A stretch of 19,152 bases of DNA from NCBI GenBank assembly GCA_002189035.1, contig NEEC01000248.1, positions 1-19,152 of the forward strand, written 5' to 3'. Source of the DNA: Utricularia gibba. Its lineage: Eukaryota > Plantae > Magnoliophyta. Below, in pieces: positions 1 through 11,825 of this stretch (position 1 is its first letter; every line of letters starts with the position of its first letter). Made by a program: the position numbers and the translations under genes. Under the pieces are notes generated by a model, which worked only from the letters and a program-made list of their open reading frames with translations, made no database searches and was not told the DNA's origin.

Positions 1-3000
1 TCTGACTCCTTTGCCACATCGGGTCCTACTCGACGAAAATCGTGATGCACTTATTGAAGTTAGGATGTCATAGCACCCAAAATGGTTTTCTCAACCGCAT
101 GCTTTATATCTGAGGAGGCGCTCTCGTGGGGCAACGGTATCGAGAAGGAGGTCGAGTCGAGCTCGGGCCCATAGTCATTTGTGCTCGGCAAAAAACTTGA
201 TGCATTTCTTAACGTTGGGTTTTAATTGGCTGCCTACATGGTTTCTCAAGGAAAAGCTTGTCGTTTTTGGGCGGTGATGTCGTTGTGAACTTCGTTCTGA
301 CCCAAGGTTCTTTTCCACATCGGGTCCTACTCGACGAAAATCGTGATGCACTTATTGAAGTTAGGATGTCATGAGCACCCAAAATGGTTTTCTCAACCGC
401 ATGCTTTATATCTGAGGAGGCGCTCTCGTGGGGCAACGGTATCGAGAAGGAGGTCGAGTCGAGCTCGGGCCATAGTCATTTGTGCTCGGCAAAAAACTTG
501 ATGCATTTCTTAACGTTGGGTTTTAATTGGCTGCCTACATGGTTTCTCAAGGAAAAGCTTGTCGTTTTGGGGCGGTGATGTCGTTGTGAACTTCGTTCTG
601 ACCAAGGTTCGGTCTGACTCCTTTGCCACATCGGGTCCTACTCGACGAAAATCGTGCTGCACTTATTGAAGTTAGGATGTCATGAGCACCAAAATGGTTT
701 TCTCAACCGCATGCTTTATATTGAGGAGGCGCTCTCGTGGGCAACGGTATCGAGAAGGAGTCGAGTCGAGCTCGGGCCCATAGTCATTTGTGGCTCGGCA
801 AAAAACTTGATGCATTTCTTAACGTTGGGTTTTAATTGGCTGCCTACATGGTTTCTCAAGGAAAAGCTTGTCGTTTTTGGGCGGGTGATGTCGTTGTGAA
901 CTTCGTTCTGACTCTTTGCCACATCGGGTCCTACTCGACGAAAATCGTGATGCACTTATTGAAGTTAGGATGTCATAAGCACCCAAAATGGTTTTCTCAA
1001 CCGCATGCTTTATATCTGAGGAGGCGCTCTCGTGGGGCAACGGTATCGAGAAGGAGGTCGAGTCGAGCTCGGGCCCATAGTCATTTGTGCTCGGCAAAAA
1101 ACTTGATGCATTTCTTAACGTTGGGTTTTAATTGGCTGCCTACATGGTTTCTCAAGGAAAAGCTTGTCGTTTTTGGCGGTGATGTCGTTGTGAACTTCGT
1201 TCTGACCAAAGGTTCCTTTTCCACATCGGGTCCTACTCGACGAAAATCGTGATGCACTTATTGAAGTTAGGATGTCATGAGCACCCAAAATGGTTTTTCT
1301 CAACCGCATGCTTTATATCTGAGGAGGCGCTCTCGTGGGGCAACGGTATCGAGAAGGAGGTCGAGTCGAGCTCGGGCCCATAGTCATTTGTGCTCGGCAA
1401 AAAACTTGATGCATTTCTTAACGTTGGGTTTTAATTGGCTGCCTACATGGTTTCTCAAGGAAAAGCTTGTCGTTTTTGGCGGTGATGTCGTTGTGAACTT
1501 CGTTCTGACCCAAGGTTCGGTCTGACTCCTTTGCCACATCGGGTCCTACTCGACGAAAATCGTGATGCACTTATTGAAGTTAGGATGTCATAAGCACCCA
1601 AAATGGTTTTCAACCGCATGCTTTATATCTGAGGAGGCGCTCTCGTGGGGCAACGGTATCGAGAAGGAGGTCGAGTCGAGCTCGGCCCATAGTCATTTGT
1701 AGCTCGGCAAAAAACTTGATGCATTTCTTAACGTTGGGTTTTAATTGGCTGCCTACATGGTTTCTCAAGGAAAAGCTTGTCGTTTTTGGGCGGTGATGTC
1801 GTTGTGAACTTCGTTCTGACCCAAGGTTCGGTCTGACTCCTTTGCCACATCGGGTCCTACTCGACGAAAATCGTGATGCACTTATTGAAGTTAGGATGTC
1901 ATAAGCACCCAAAATGGTTTTCTCAACCGCATGCTTTATATCTGAGGAGGCGCTCTCGTGGGGCAACGGTATCGAGAAGGAGGTCGAGTCGAGCTCGGGC
2001 CCATAGTCATTTGTAGCTCGGCAAAAAACTTGATGCATTTCTTAACGTTGGGTTTTAATTGGCTGCCTACATGGTTTCTCAAGGAAAAGCTTGTCGTTTT
2101 TGGGGGTGATGTCGTTGTGAACTTCGTTCTGACCCAAGGTTCCTTTGCACATCGGGTCCTACTCGACGAAAATCGTGATGCACTTATTGAAGTTAGGATG
2201 TCATGAGCACCAAAAATGGTTTTCTCAACCGCATGCTTTATATCTGAGGAGGCGCTCTCGTGGGGCAACGGTATCGAGAAGGAGGTCGAGTCGAGCTCGG
2301 GCCATAGTCATTTGTGGCTCGGCAAAAAACTTGATGCATTTCTTAACGTTGGTTTTAATTGGCTGCCTACATGGTTTCTCAAGGAAAAGCTTGTCGTTTT
2401 GGGCGGTGATGTCGTTGTGAACTTCGTTCTGACCCAAGGTTCGGTCTGACTCCTTTGCCACATCGGGTCCTACTCGACGAAAATCGTGATGCACTTATTG
2501 AAGTTAGGATGTCATAAGCACCCAAAATGGTTTTCTCAACCGCATGCTTTATATCTGAGGAGGCGCTCTCGTGGGGCAACGGTATCGAGAAGGAGGTCGA
2601 GTCGAGCTCGGCCCATAGTCATTTGTAGCTCGGCAAAAAACTTGATGCATTTCTTAACGTTGGGTTTTAATTGGCTGCCTACATGGTTTCTCAAGGAAAA
2701 GCTTGTCGTTTTTGGGCGGTGATGTCGTTGTGAACTTCGTTCTGACTCCTTTCCACATCGGGTCCTACTCGACGAAAATCGTGATGCACTTATTGAAGTT
2801 AGGATGTCATAAGCACCCAAAATGGTTTTCTCAACCGCATGCTTTATATCTGAGGAGGCGCTCTCGTGGGGCAACGGTATCGAGAAGGAGGTCGAGTCGA
2901 GCTCGGCCCATAGTCATTTGTAGCTCGGCAAAAAACTTGATGCATTTCTTAACGTTGGGTTTTAATTGGCTGCCTACATGGTTTCTCAAGGAAAAGCTTG

Positions 3001-3304
3001 TCGTTTTTGGCGGGTGATGTCGTTGTGAACTTCGTTCTGACCCAAGGTTCGCCACATCGGGTCCTACTCGACGAAAATCGTGATGCACTTATTGAAGTTA
3101 GGATGTCATGAGCACCAAAATGGTTTTCTCAACCGCATGCTTTATATTGAGGAGGCGCTCTCGTGGGGCAACGGTATCGAGAAGGAGGTCGAGTCGAGCT
3201 CGGGCCCATAGTCATTTGTGCTCGGCAAAAAACTTGATGCATTTCTTAACGTTGGGTTTTAATTGGCTGCCTACATGGTTTCTCAAGGAAAAGCTTGTCG
3301 TTTT

Positions 3305-3619
3305 GGGCGGGTGATGTCGTTGTGAACTTCGTTCTGACCCAAGGTTCGGTCTGACTCCTTTGCCACATCGGGTCCTACTCGACGAAAATCGTGATGCACT
3401 TATTGAAGTTAGGATGTCATAAGCACCCAAAATGGTTTTCTCAACCGCATGCTTTATATCTGAGGAGGCGCTCTCGTGGGGCAACGGTATCGAGAAGGAG
3501 GTCGAGTCGAGCTCGGGCCCATAGTCATTTGTAGCTCGGCAAAAAACTTGATGCATTTCTTAACGTTGGGTTTTAATTGGCTGCCTACATGGTTTCTCAA
3601 GGAAAAGCTTGTCGTTTTT
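3305..3619 (+). repeat. Reference monomer: one exact 315-nt rotation of the consensus (A72-C111-A184 variant)
   Basis: Matches the hand consensus base for base, from consensus position 271 round to 270; consensus position 1 = 3350. Copy 16172-16487 also matches except for tttg read as ttttt. Confidence 0.93.
3378..3610 (+). repeat. Internal ~157-bp sub-repeat within the monomer (halves 3378-3454 and 3535-3610 are homologous)
   Basis: tgatgca occurs at 3392 and 3549, 157 nt apart. A hand alignment anchored there gives about 53/77 identical columns with one gap. Confidence 0.85.
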
Positions 3620-6600
3620 TGGGCGGTGATGTCGTTGTGAACTTCGTTCTGAACATCGGGTCCTACTCGACGAAAATCGTGATGCACTTATTGAAGTTAG
3701 GATGTCATGCACCAAAATGGTTTTCTCAACCGCATGCTTTATATCTGAGGAGGCGCTCTCGTGGGGCAACGGTATCGAGAAGGAGGTCGAGTCGAGCTCG
3801 GGCCCATAGTCATTTGTAGCTCGGCAAAAAACTTGATGCATTTCTTAACGTTGGGTTTTAATTGGCTGCCTACATGGTTTCTCAAGGAAAAGCTTGTCGT
3901 TTTTGGCGGGTGATGTCGTTGTGAACTTCGTTCTGACCCAAGGTTCTTCCTTTGCCACATCGGGTCCTACTCGACGAAAATCGTGATGCACTTATTGAAG
4001 TTAGGATGTCATGAGCACCCAAAATGGTTTTCTCAACCGCATGCTTTATATCTGAGGAGGCGCTCTCGTGGGCAACGGTATCGAGAAGGAGGTCGAGTCG
4101 AGCTCGGGCCCATAGTCATTTGTAGCTCGGCAAAAAACTTGATGCATTTCTTAACGTTGGGTTTTAATTGGCTGCCTACATGGTTTCTCAAGGAAAAGCT
4201 TGTCGTTTTTGGCGGGTGATGTCGTTGTGAACTTCGTTCTGACCAAAGGTTCGGTCTGACTCCTTTTTCCACATCGGGTCCTACTCGACGAAAATCGTGA
4301 TGCACTTATTGAAGTTAGGATGTCATAGCACCCAAAATGGTTTTCTCAACCGCATGCTTTATATTTGAGGAGGCGCTCTCGTGGGGCAACGGTATCGAGA
4401 AGGAGGTCGAGTCGAGCTCGGGCCCATAGTCATTTGTAGCTCGGCAAAAAACTTGATGCATTTCTTAACGTTGGGTTTTAATTGGCTGCCTACATGGTTT
4501 CTCAAGGAAAAGCTTGTCGTTTTTGGGCGGTGATGTCGTTGTGAACTTCGTTCTGACCCAAGGTTCGGTCTGACTCCTTTGCCACATCGGGTCCTACTCG
4601 ACGAAAATCGTGATGCACTTATTGAAGTTAGGATGTCATAGCACCCAAAATGGTTTTCTCAACCGCATGCTTTATATTGAGGAGGCGCTCTCGTGGGGCA
4701 ACGGTATCGAGAGGAGGTCGAGTCGAGCTCGGGCCCATAGTCATTTGTAGCTCGCAAAAAACTTGATGCATTTCTTAACGTTGGGTTTTAATTGGCTGCC
4801 TACATGGTTTCTCAAGGAAAAGCTTGTCGTTTTTGGCGGGTGATGTCGTTGTGAACTTCGTTCTGACCCAAGGTTCGGTCTGACTCCTTTGCCACATCGG
4901 GTCCTACTCGACGAAAATCGTGATGCACTTATTGAAGTTAGGATGTCATAAGCACCAAAATGGTTTTCTCAACCGCATGCTTTATATCTGAGGAGGCGCT
5001 CTCGTGGGGCAACGGTATCGAGAAGGAGGTCGAGTCGAGCTCGGGCCCATAGTCATTTGTGCTCGGCAAAAAACTTGATGCATTTCTTAACGTTGGGTTT
5101 TAATTGGCTGCCTACATGGTTTCTCAAGGAAAAGCTTGTCGTTTTTGGCGGGTGATGTCGTTGTGAACTTCGTTCTGACCCAAGGTTCGGTCTGACTCCT
5201 TTGCCACATCGGGTCCTACTCGACGAAAATCGTGATGCACTTATTGAAGTTAGGATGTCATAAGCACCCAAAATGGTTTTCTCAACCGCATGCTTTATAT
5301 CTGAGGAGGCGCTCTCGTGGGGCAACGGTATCGAGAAGGAGGTCGAGTCGAGCTCGGCCCATAGTCATTTGTGCTCGGCAAAAAACTTGATGCATTTCTT
5401 AACGTTGGGTTTTAATTGGCTGCCTACATGGTTTCTCAAGGAAAAGCTTGTCGTTTTTGGCGGGTGATGTCGTTGTGAACTTCGTTCTGACCCAAGGTTC
5501 GGTCTGACTCCTTTGCCACATCGGGTCCTACTCGACGAAAATCGTGATGCACTTATTGAAGTTAGGATGTCATAGCACCCAAAATGGTTTTCTCAACCGC
5601 ATGCTTTATATTGAGGAGGCGCTCTCGTGGGGCAACGGTATCGAGAAGGAGGTCGAGTCGAGCTCGGGCCCATAGTCATTTGTAGCTCGGCAAAAAACTT
5701 GATGCATTTCTTAACGTTGGGTTTTAATTGGCTGCCTACATGGTTTCTCAAGGAAAAGCTTGTCGTTTTTGGGCGGGTGATGTCGTTGTGAACTTCGTTC
5801 TGACCCAAGGTTCGGTCTGACTCCTTTGCCACATCGGGTCCTACTCGACGAAAATCGTGATGCACTTATTGAAGTTAGGATGTCATAGCACCCAAAATGG
5901 TTTTCTCAACCGCATGCTTTATATCTGAGGAGGCGCTCTCGTGGGGCAACGGTATCGAGAAGGAGGTCGAGTCGAGCTCGGGCCCATAGTCATTTGTAGC
6001 TCGGCAAAAAACTTGATGCATTTCTTAACGTTGGGTTTTAATTGGCTGCCTACATGGTTTCTCAAGGAAAAGCTTGTCGTTTTTGGCGGGTGATGTCGTT
6101 GTGAACTTCGTTCTGACCAAGGTTCGGTCTGACTCCTTTGCCACATCGGTACTCGACGAAAATCGTGATGCACTTATTGAAGTTAGGATGTCATAAGCAC
6201 CCAAAATGGTTTTCTCAACCGCATGCTTTATATTGAGGAGGCGCTCTCGTGGGCAACGGTATCGAGAAGGAGGTCGAGTCGAGCTCGGGCCCATAGTCAT
6301 TTGTGCTCGGCAAAAATTGATGCATTTCTTAACGTTGGGTTTTAATTGGCTGCCTACATGGTTTCTCAAGGAAAAGCTTGTCGTTTTTGGGCGGGTGATG
6401 TCGTTGTGAACTTCGTTCTGACCCAAGGTTCGGTCTGACTCCTTTGCCCACATCGGTCCTACTCGACGAAATCGTGATGCACTTATTGAAGTTAGGATGT
6501 CATAGCACCCAAAATGGTTTTCTCAACCGCATGCTTTATATTTGAGGAGGCGCTCTCGTGGGGCAACGGTATCGAGAAGGAGGTCGAGTCGAGCTCGGGC

Positions 6601-7074
6601 CCATAGTCATTTGTGCTCGGCAAAAAACTTGATGCATTTCTTAACGTTGGGTTTTAATTGGCTGCCTACATGGTTTCTCAAGGAAAAGCTTGTCGTTTTT
6701 GGGCGGGTGATGTCGTTGTGAACTTCGTTCTGACCCAAGGTTCGGTCTGACTCCTTTGCCACATCGGGTCTACTCGAAAAATCGTGATGCACTTATTGAA
6801 GTTAGGATGTCATCACCCAAAATGGTTTTCTCAACCGCATGCTTTATATCTGAGGAGGCGCTCTCGTGGGGCAACGGTATCGAGCAGGTGGTCGAGTCGA
6901 GCTCGGGCCCATAGTCATTTGTGCTCGGCAAAAAATTGATGCATTTCTTAACGTTGGGTTTTAATTGGCTGCCTACATGGTTTCTCAAGGAAAAGCTTGT
7001 CGTTTTTGGGCGGGTGATGTCGTTGTGAACTTCGTTCTGACCCAAGGTTCGGTCTGACTCCTTTGCCACATCGG

Positions 7075-9550
7075 GTCCTACTCGACGAAAATCGTGATGC
7101 ACTTATTGAAGTTAGGATGTCATAGCACCCAAAATGGTTTTCTCAACCGCATGCTTTATATTGAGGAGGCGCTCTCGTGGGGCAACGGTATCGAGAAGGA
7201 GGTCGAGTCGAGCTCGGCCCATAGTCATTTGTGCTCGGCAAAAAACTTGATGCATTTCTTAACGTTGGGTTTTAATTGGCTGCCTACATGGTTTCTCAAG
7301 GAAAAGCTTGTCGTTTTTGGCGGTGATGTCGTTGTGAACTTCGTTCTGACCCAAGGTTCGGTCTGACTCCTTTGCCACATCGGTCCTACTCGACGAAAAT
7401 CGTGATGCACTTATTGAAGTTAGGATGTCATAAGCACCCAAAATGGTTTTCTCAACCGCATGCTTTATATCTGAGGAGGCGCTCTCGTGGGGCAACGGTA
7501 TCGAGAAGGAGGTCGAGTCGAGCTCGGCCCATAGTCATTTGTAGCTCGGCAAAAAACTTGATGCATTTCTTAACGTTGGGTTTTAATTGGCTGCCTACAT
7601 GGTTTCTCAAGGAAAAGCTTGTCGTTTTTGGGCGGGTGATGTCGTTGTGAACTTCGTTCTGACCCAAGGTTCGGTCTGACTCCTTTGCCACATCGGGTCC
7701 TACTCGACGAAAATCGTGATGCACTTATTGAAGTTAGGATGTCATAGCACCCAAAATGGTTTTCTCAACCGCATGCTTTATATTTGAGGAGGCGCTCTCG
7801 TGGGGCAACGGTATCGAGAAGGAGGTCGAGTCGAGCTCGGCCCATAGTCATTTGTGCTCGGCAAAAAAACTTGATGCATTTCTTAACGTTGGGTTTTAAT
7901 TGGCTGCCTACATGGTTTCTCAAGGAAAAGCTTGTCGTTTTTGGGCGGGTGATGTCGTTGTGAACTTCGTTCTGACCCAAGGTTCGGTCTGACTCCTTTG
8001 CCACATCGGGTCCTACTCGACGAAAATCGTGATGCACTTATTGAAGTTAGGATGTCATAAGCACCCAAAATGGTTTTCTCAACCGCATGCTTTATATCTG
8101 AGGAGGCGCTCTCGTGGGGCAACGGTATCGAGAGGAGGTCGAGTCGAGCTCGGGCCCATAGTCATTTGTAGCTCGGCAAAAAACTTGATGCATTTCTTAA
8201 CGTTGGGTTTTAATTGGCTGCCTACATGGTTTCTCAAGGAAAAGCTTGTCGTTTTTGGGCGGGTGATGTCGTTGTGAACTTCGTTCTGACCCAAGGTTCG
8301 GTCTGACTCCTTTCCACATCGGGTCCTACTCGACGAAAATCGTGATGCACTTATTGAAGTTAGGATGTCATAGCACCCAAAATGGTTTTCTCAACCGCAT
8401 GCTTTATATCTGAGGAGGCGCTCTCGTGGGGCAACGGTATCGAGAAGGAGGTCGAGTCGAGCTCGGGCCATAGTCATTTGTGGCTCGGCAAAAAACTTGA
8501 TGCATTTCTTAACGTTGGGTTTTAATTGGCTGCCTACATGGTTTCTCAAGGAAAAGCTTGTCGTTTTTTGGGCGGGTGATGTCGTTGTGAACTTCGTTCT
8601 GACCCAAGGTTCGGTCTGACTCCTTTGCCACATCGGGTCCTACTCGACGAAAATCGTGATGCACTTATTGAAGTTAGGATGTCATAAGCACCCAAAATGG
8701 TTTTCTCAACCGCATGCTTATATCTGAGGAGGCGCTCTCGTGGGGCAACGGTATCGAGAAGGAGGTCGAGTCGAGCTCGGGCCCATAGTCATTTGTAGCT
8801 CGGCAAAAAACTTGATGCATTTCTTAACGTTGGGTTTTAATTGGCTGCCTACATGGTTTCTCAAAAAAAGCTTGTCGTTTTTGGGCGGGTGATGTCGTTG
8901 TGAACTTCGTTCTGACCCAAGGTTCGGTCTGACTCCTTTGCCACATCGGGTCCTACTCGACGAAAATCGTGATGCACTTATTGAAGTTAGGATGTCATGA
9001 GCACCCAAAATGGTTTTCTCAACCGCATGCTTTATATTGAGGAGGCGCTCTCGTGGGGCAACGGTATCGAGAAGGAGGTCGAGTCGAGCTCGGGCCCATA
9101 GTCATTTGTGGCTCGGCAAAAAACTTGATGCATTTTTAACGTTGGGTTTTAATTGGCTGCCTACATGGTTTCTCAAGGAAAAGCTTGTCGTTTTTGGCGG
9201 GTGATGTCGTTGTGAACTTCGTTCTGACCCAAGGTTCGGTCTGACTCCTTTGCCACATCGGGTCCTACTCGACGAAAATCGTGATGCACTTATTGAAGTT
9301 AGGATGTCATAAGCACCCAAAATGGTTTTCTCAACCGCATGCTTTATATCTGAGGAGGCGCTCTCGTGGGGCAACGGTATCGAGAAGGAGGTCGAGTCGA
9401 GCTCGGGCCATAGTCATTTGTAGCTCGGCAAAAAACTTGATGCATTTCTTAACGTTGGGTTTTAATTGGCTGCCTACATGGTTTCTCAAGGAAAAGCTTG
9501 TCGTTTTTGGGCGGGTGATGTCGTTGTGAACTTCGTTCTGACCCAAGGGT
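7075..9550 (+). repeat. Probable 2-monomer alternation (~626-bp period)
   Basis: Clean A72-C111-A184 copies (A72 at 7432, 8059, 8686, 9311) alternate with copies showing G, T or a gap at these sites. Confidence 0.55.
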
Positions 9551-11404
9551 CTGACTCCTTTGCCACATCGGGTCCTACTCGACGAAAATCGTGATGCACT
9601 TATTGAAGTTAGGATGTCATAAGCACCCAAAATGGTTTTCTCAACCGCATGCTTTATATTGAGGTAGGCGCTCTCGTGGGGCAACGGTATCGAGAAGGAG
9701 GTCGAGTCGAGCTCGGGCCCATAGTCATTTGTAGCTCGGCAAAAAACTTGATGCATTTTTAACGTTGGGTTTTAATTGGCTGCCTACATGGTTTCTCAAG
9801 GAAAAGCTTGTCGTTTTTGGGCGGGTGATGTCGTTGTGAACTTCGTTCTGACCCAAGGTGCTCCTTTGCCACATCGGGTCCTACTCGACGAAAATCGTGA
9901 TGCACTTATTGAAGTTAGGATGTCATAAGCACCCAAAATGGTTTTCTCAACCGCATGCTTTATATCTGAGGAGGCGCTCTCGTGGGGCAACGGTATCGAG
10001 AAGGAGGTCGAGTCGAGCTCGGGCCCATAGTCATTTGTAGCTCGGCAAAAAACTTGATGCATTTCTTAACGTTGGTTTTAATTGGCTGCCTACATGGTTT
10101 CTCAAGGAAAAGCTTGTCGTTTTTGGGCGGTGATGTCGTTGTGAACTTCGTTCTGACCCAAGGTTCGGTCTGACTCCTTTGCCACATCGGGTCCTACTCG
10201 ACGAAATCGTGATGCACTTATTGAAGTTAGGATGTCATAGCACCCAAAATGGTTTTCTCAACCGCATGCTTTATATTGAGGAGGCGCTCTCGTGGGGCAA
10301 CGGTATCGAGAAGGAGGTCGAGTCGAGCTCGGGCCCATAGTCATTTGTAGCTCGGCAAAAAACTTGATGCATTTCTTAACGTTGGGTTTTAATTGGCTGC
10401 CTACATGGTTTCTCAAGGAAAAGCTTGTCGTTTTTGGGCGGGTGATGTCGTTGTGAACTTCGTTCTGACCCAAGGTTCGGTCTGACTCCTTTGCCACATC
10501 GGGTCCTACTCGACGAAAATCGTGCTGCACTTATTGAAGTTAGGATGTCATAGCACCCAAAAAACTGGTTTTCTCAACCGCATGCTTTATATTCGATACT
10601 CGGCGCTCTCGTGGGGCAACGGTATCGAGAAGGAGGTCGAGTCGAGCTCGGGCCCATAGTCATTTGTGCTCGGCAAAAAACTTGATGCATTTCTTAACGT
10701 TGGGTTTTAATTGGCTGCCTACATGGTTTCTCAAGGAAAAGCTTGTCGTTTTTGGGCGGGTGATGTCGTTGTGAACTTCGTTCTGACCCAAGGTTCGGTC
10801 TGACTCCTTTGCCACATCGGGTCCTACTCGACGAAAATCGTGATGCACTTATTGAAGTTAGGATGTCATGAGCACCCAAAATGGTTTTCTCAACCGCATG
10901 CTTTATATCGCGCTCTCGTGGGGCAACGGTATCGAGAGGAGGTCGAGTCGAGCTCGGGCCCATAGTCATTTGTGGCTCGGCAAAAAACTTGATGCATTTC
11001 TTAACGTTGGGTTTTAATTGGCTGCCTACATGGTTTCTCAAGGAAAAGCTTGTCGTTTTTGGGCGGGTGATGTCGTTGTGAACTTCGTTCTGACCCAAGG
11101 TTCGGTCTGACTCCTTTGCCACATCGGGTCCTACTCGACGAAAATCGTGATGCACTTATTGAAGTTAGGATGTCATGAGCACCCAAAATGGTTTTCTCAA
11201 CCGCATGCTTTATATTTGAGGAGGCGCTCTCGTGGGGCAACGGTATCGAGAAGGAGGTCGAGTCGAGCTCGGGCCCATAGTCATTTGTGCTCGGCAAAAA
11301 ACTTGATGCATTTCTTAACGTTGCTGCCTACATGGTTTCTCAAGGAAAAGCTTGTCGTTTTGGGCGGGTGATGTCGTTGTGAACTTCGTTCTGACCCAAG
11401 GTTC

Positions 11405-11825
11405 GGTCTGAACATCGTTGGGTTTTAATTGGCTGCCTTTATATCTGAGGAGGCGCTCTCGTGTTTCGGTCAAGGAAAAGCTTGTCGTTTTTGGGCTCGT
11501 GATGTCGTTGTGAACTTCGTTCTGACCCAAGGTTCGGTCTGACTCCTTTGCCACATCGGGTCCTACTCGACGAAATCGTGATGCACTTATTGAAGTTAGG
11601 ATGTCATGAGCACCCAAAATGGTTTTCTCAACCGCATGCTTTATATTGAACGGTATCGAGCGCTCTCGTGGGGCATGGGGTTTTAATTGGCTGCCTACAT
11701 GGTTTCTCAAGGAAAAGCTTGTCGTTTTTGGGCGGTGATGTCGAGTCTCGGTTGTGAACATAGTCATTTGACCGGTTTTCTCAACCGCATGCTTTATATC
11801 TGACTCTCGTTTTTCCTTCATTAAC
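11405..11825. other. Scrambled segment made of out-of-order fragments of the repeat unit
   Basis: Short exact pieces of the monomer are joined out of order, e.g. acatcg|ttgggttttaattggctgcc|tttatatctgaggaggcgctctcgtg at 11412-11463. One near-intact stretch (~11470-11645) lies inside. Confidence 0.8.

Larger units (their letters stand above)
1..4240 (+). repeat. Probable 3-monomer higher-order repeat (~905-925 bp period)
   Basis: Junction deletion types and the G72 allele recur every third copy; G72 at 373, 1279, 2205, 3110 and 4013. Confidence 0.65.

Noticed and set aside
3453-3468. Plant RNA polymerase I spacer promoter (TATATAGGG-like) implying an rDNA spacer sub-repeat
   Set aside because: tttatatYtgaggagg is only a loose match and there is no rDNA context.
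3421-3549. Membership of the grass centromeric CentO/CentC family
   Set aside because: Two short minus-strand motifs (aaaaccattttgggtgctt; agttttttgcc) resemble my recollection of those repeats, but their spacing did not look colinear and I cannot run the alignment.
3305-3619. Viroid or ribozyme-bearing circular RNA
   Set aside because: The size fits, but I found no hammerhead core (CUGANGA with GAAA) on either strand and only 4-5 bp stems rather than a rod-like fold. A folding run and an Rfam/Infernal search would be needed to exclude other ribozyme classes.
3305-3619. 5S rDNA tandem unit
   Set aside because: The period is similar to some 5S units, but no 5S rRNA-like 120-nt segment is recognisable on either strand.
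3305-3619. Engineered construct or library splint (single HindIII, SacI, ApaI, NsiI, SphI and AclI sites per unit)
   Set aside because: The sites are dispersed rather than a polylinker. I recognised no adapter, transposase end, template-switch oligo or poly(A). The diverged internal dimer argues for natural sequence.
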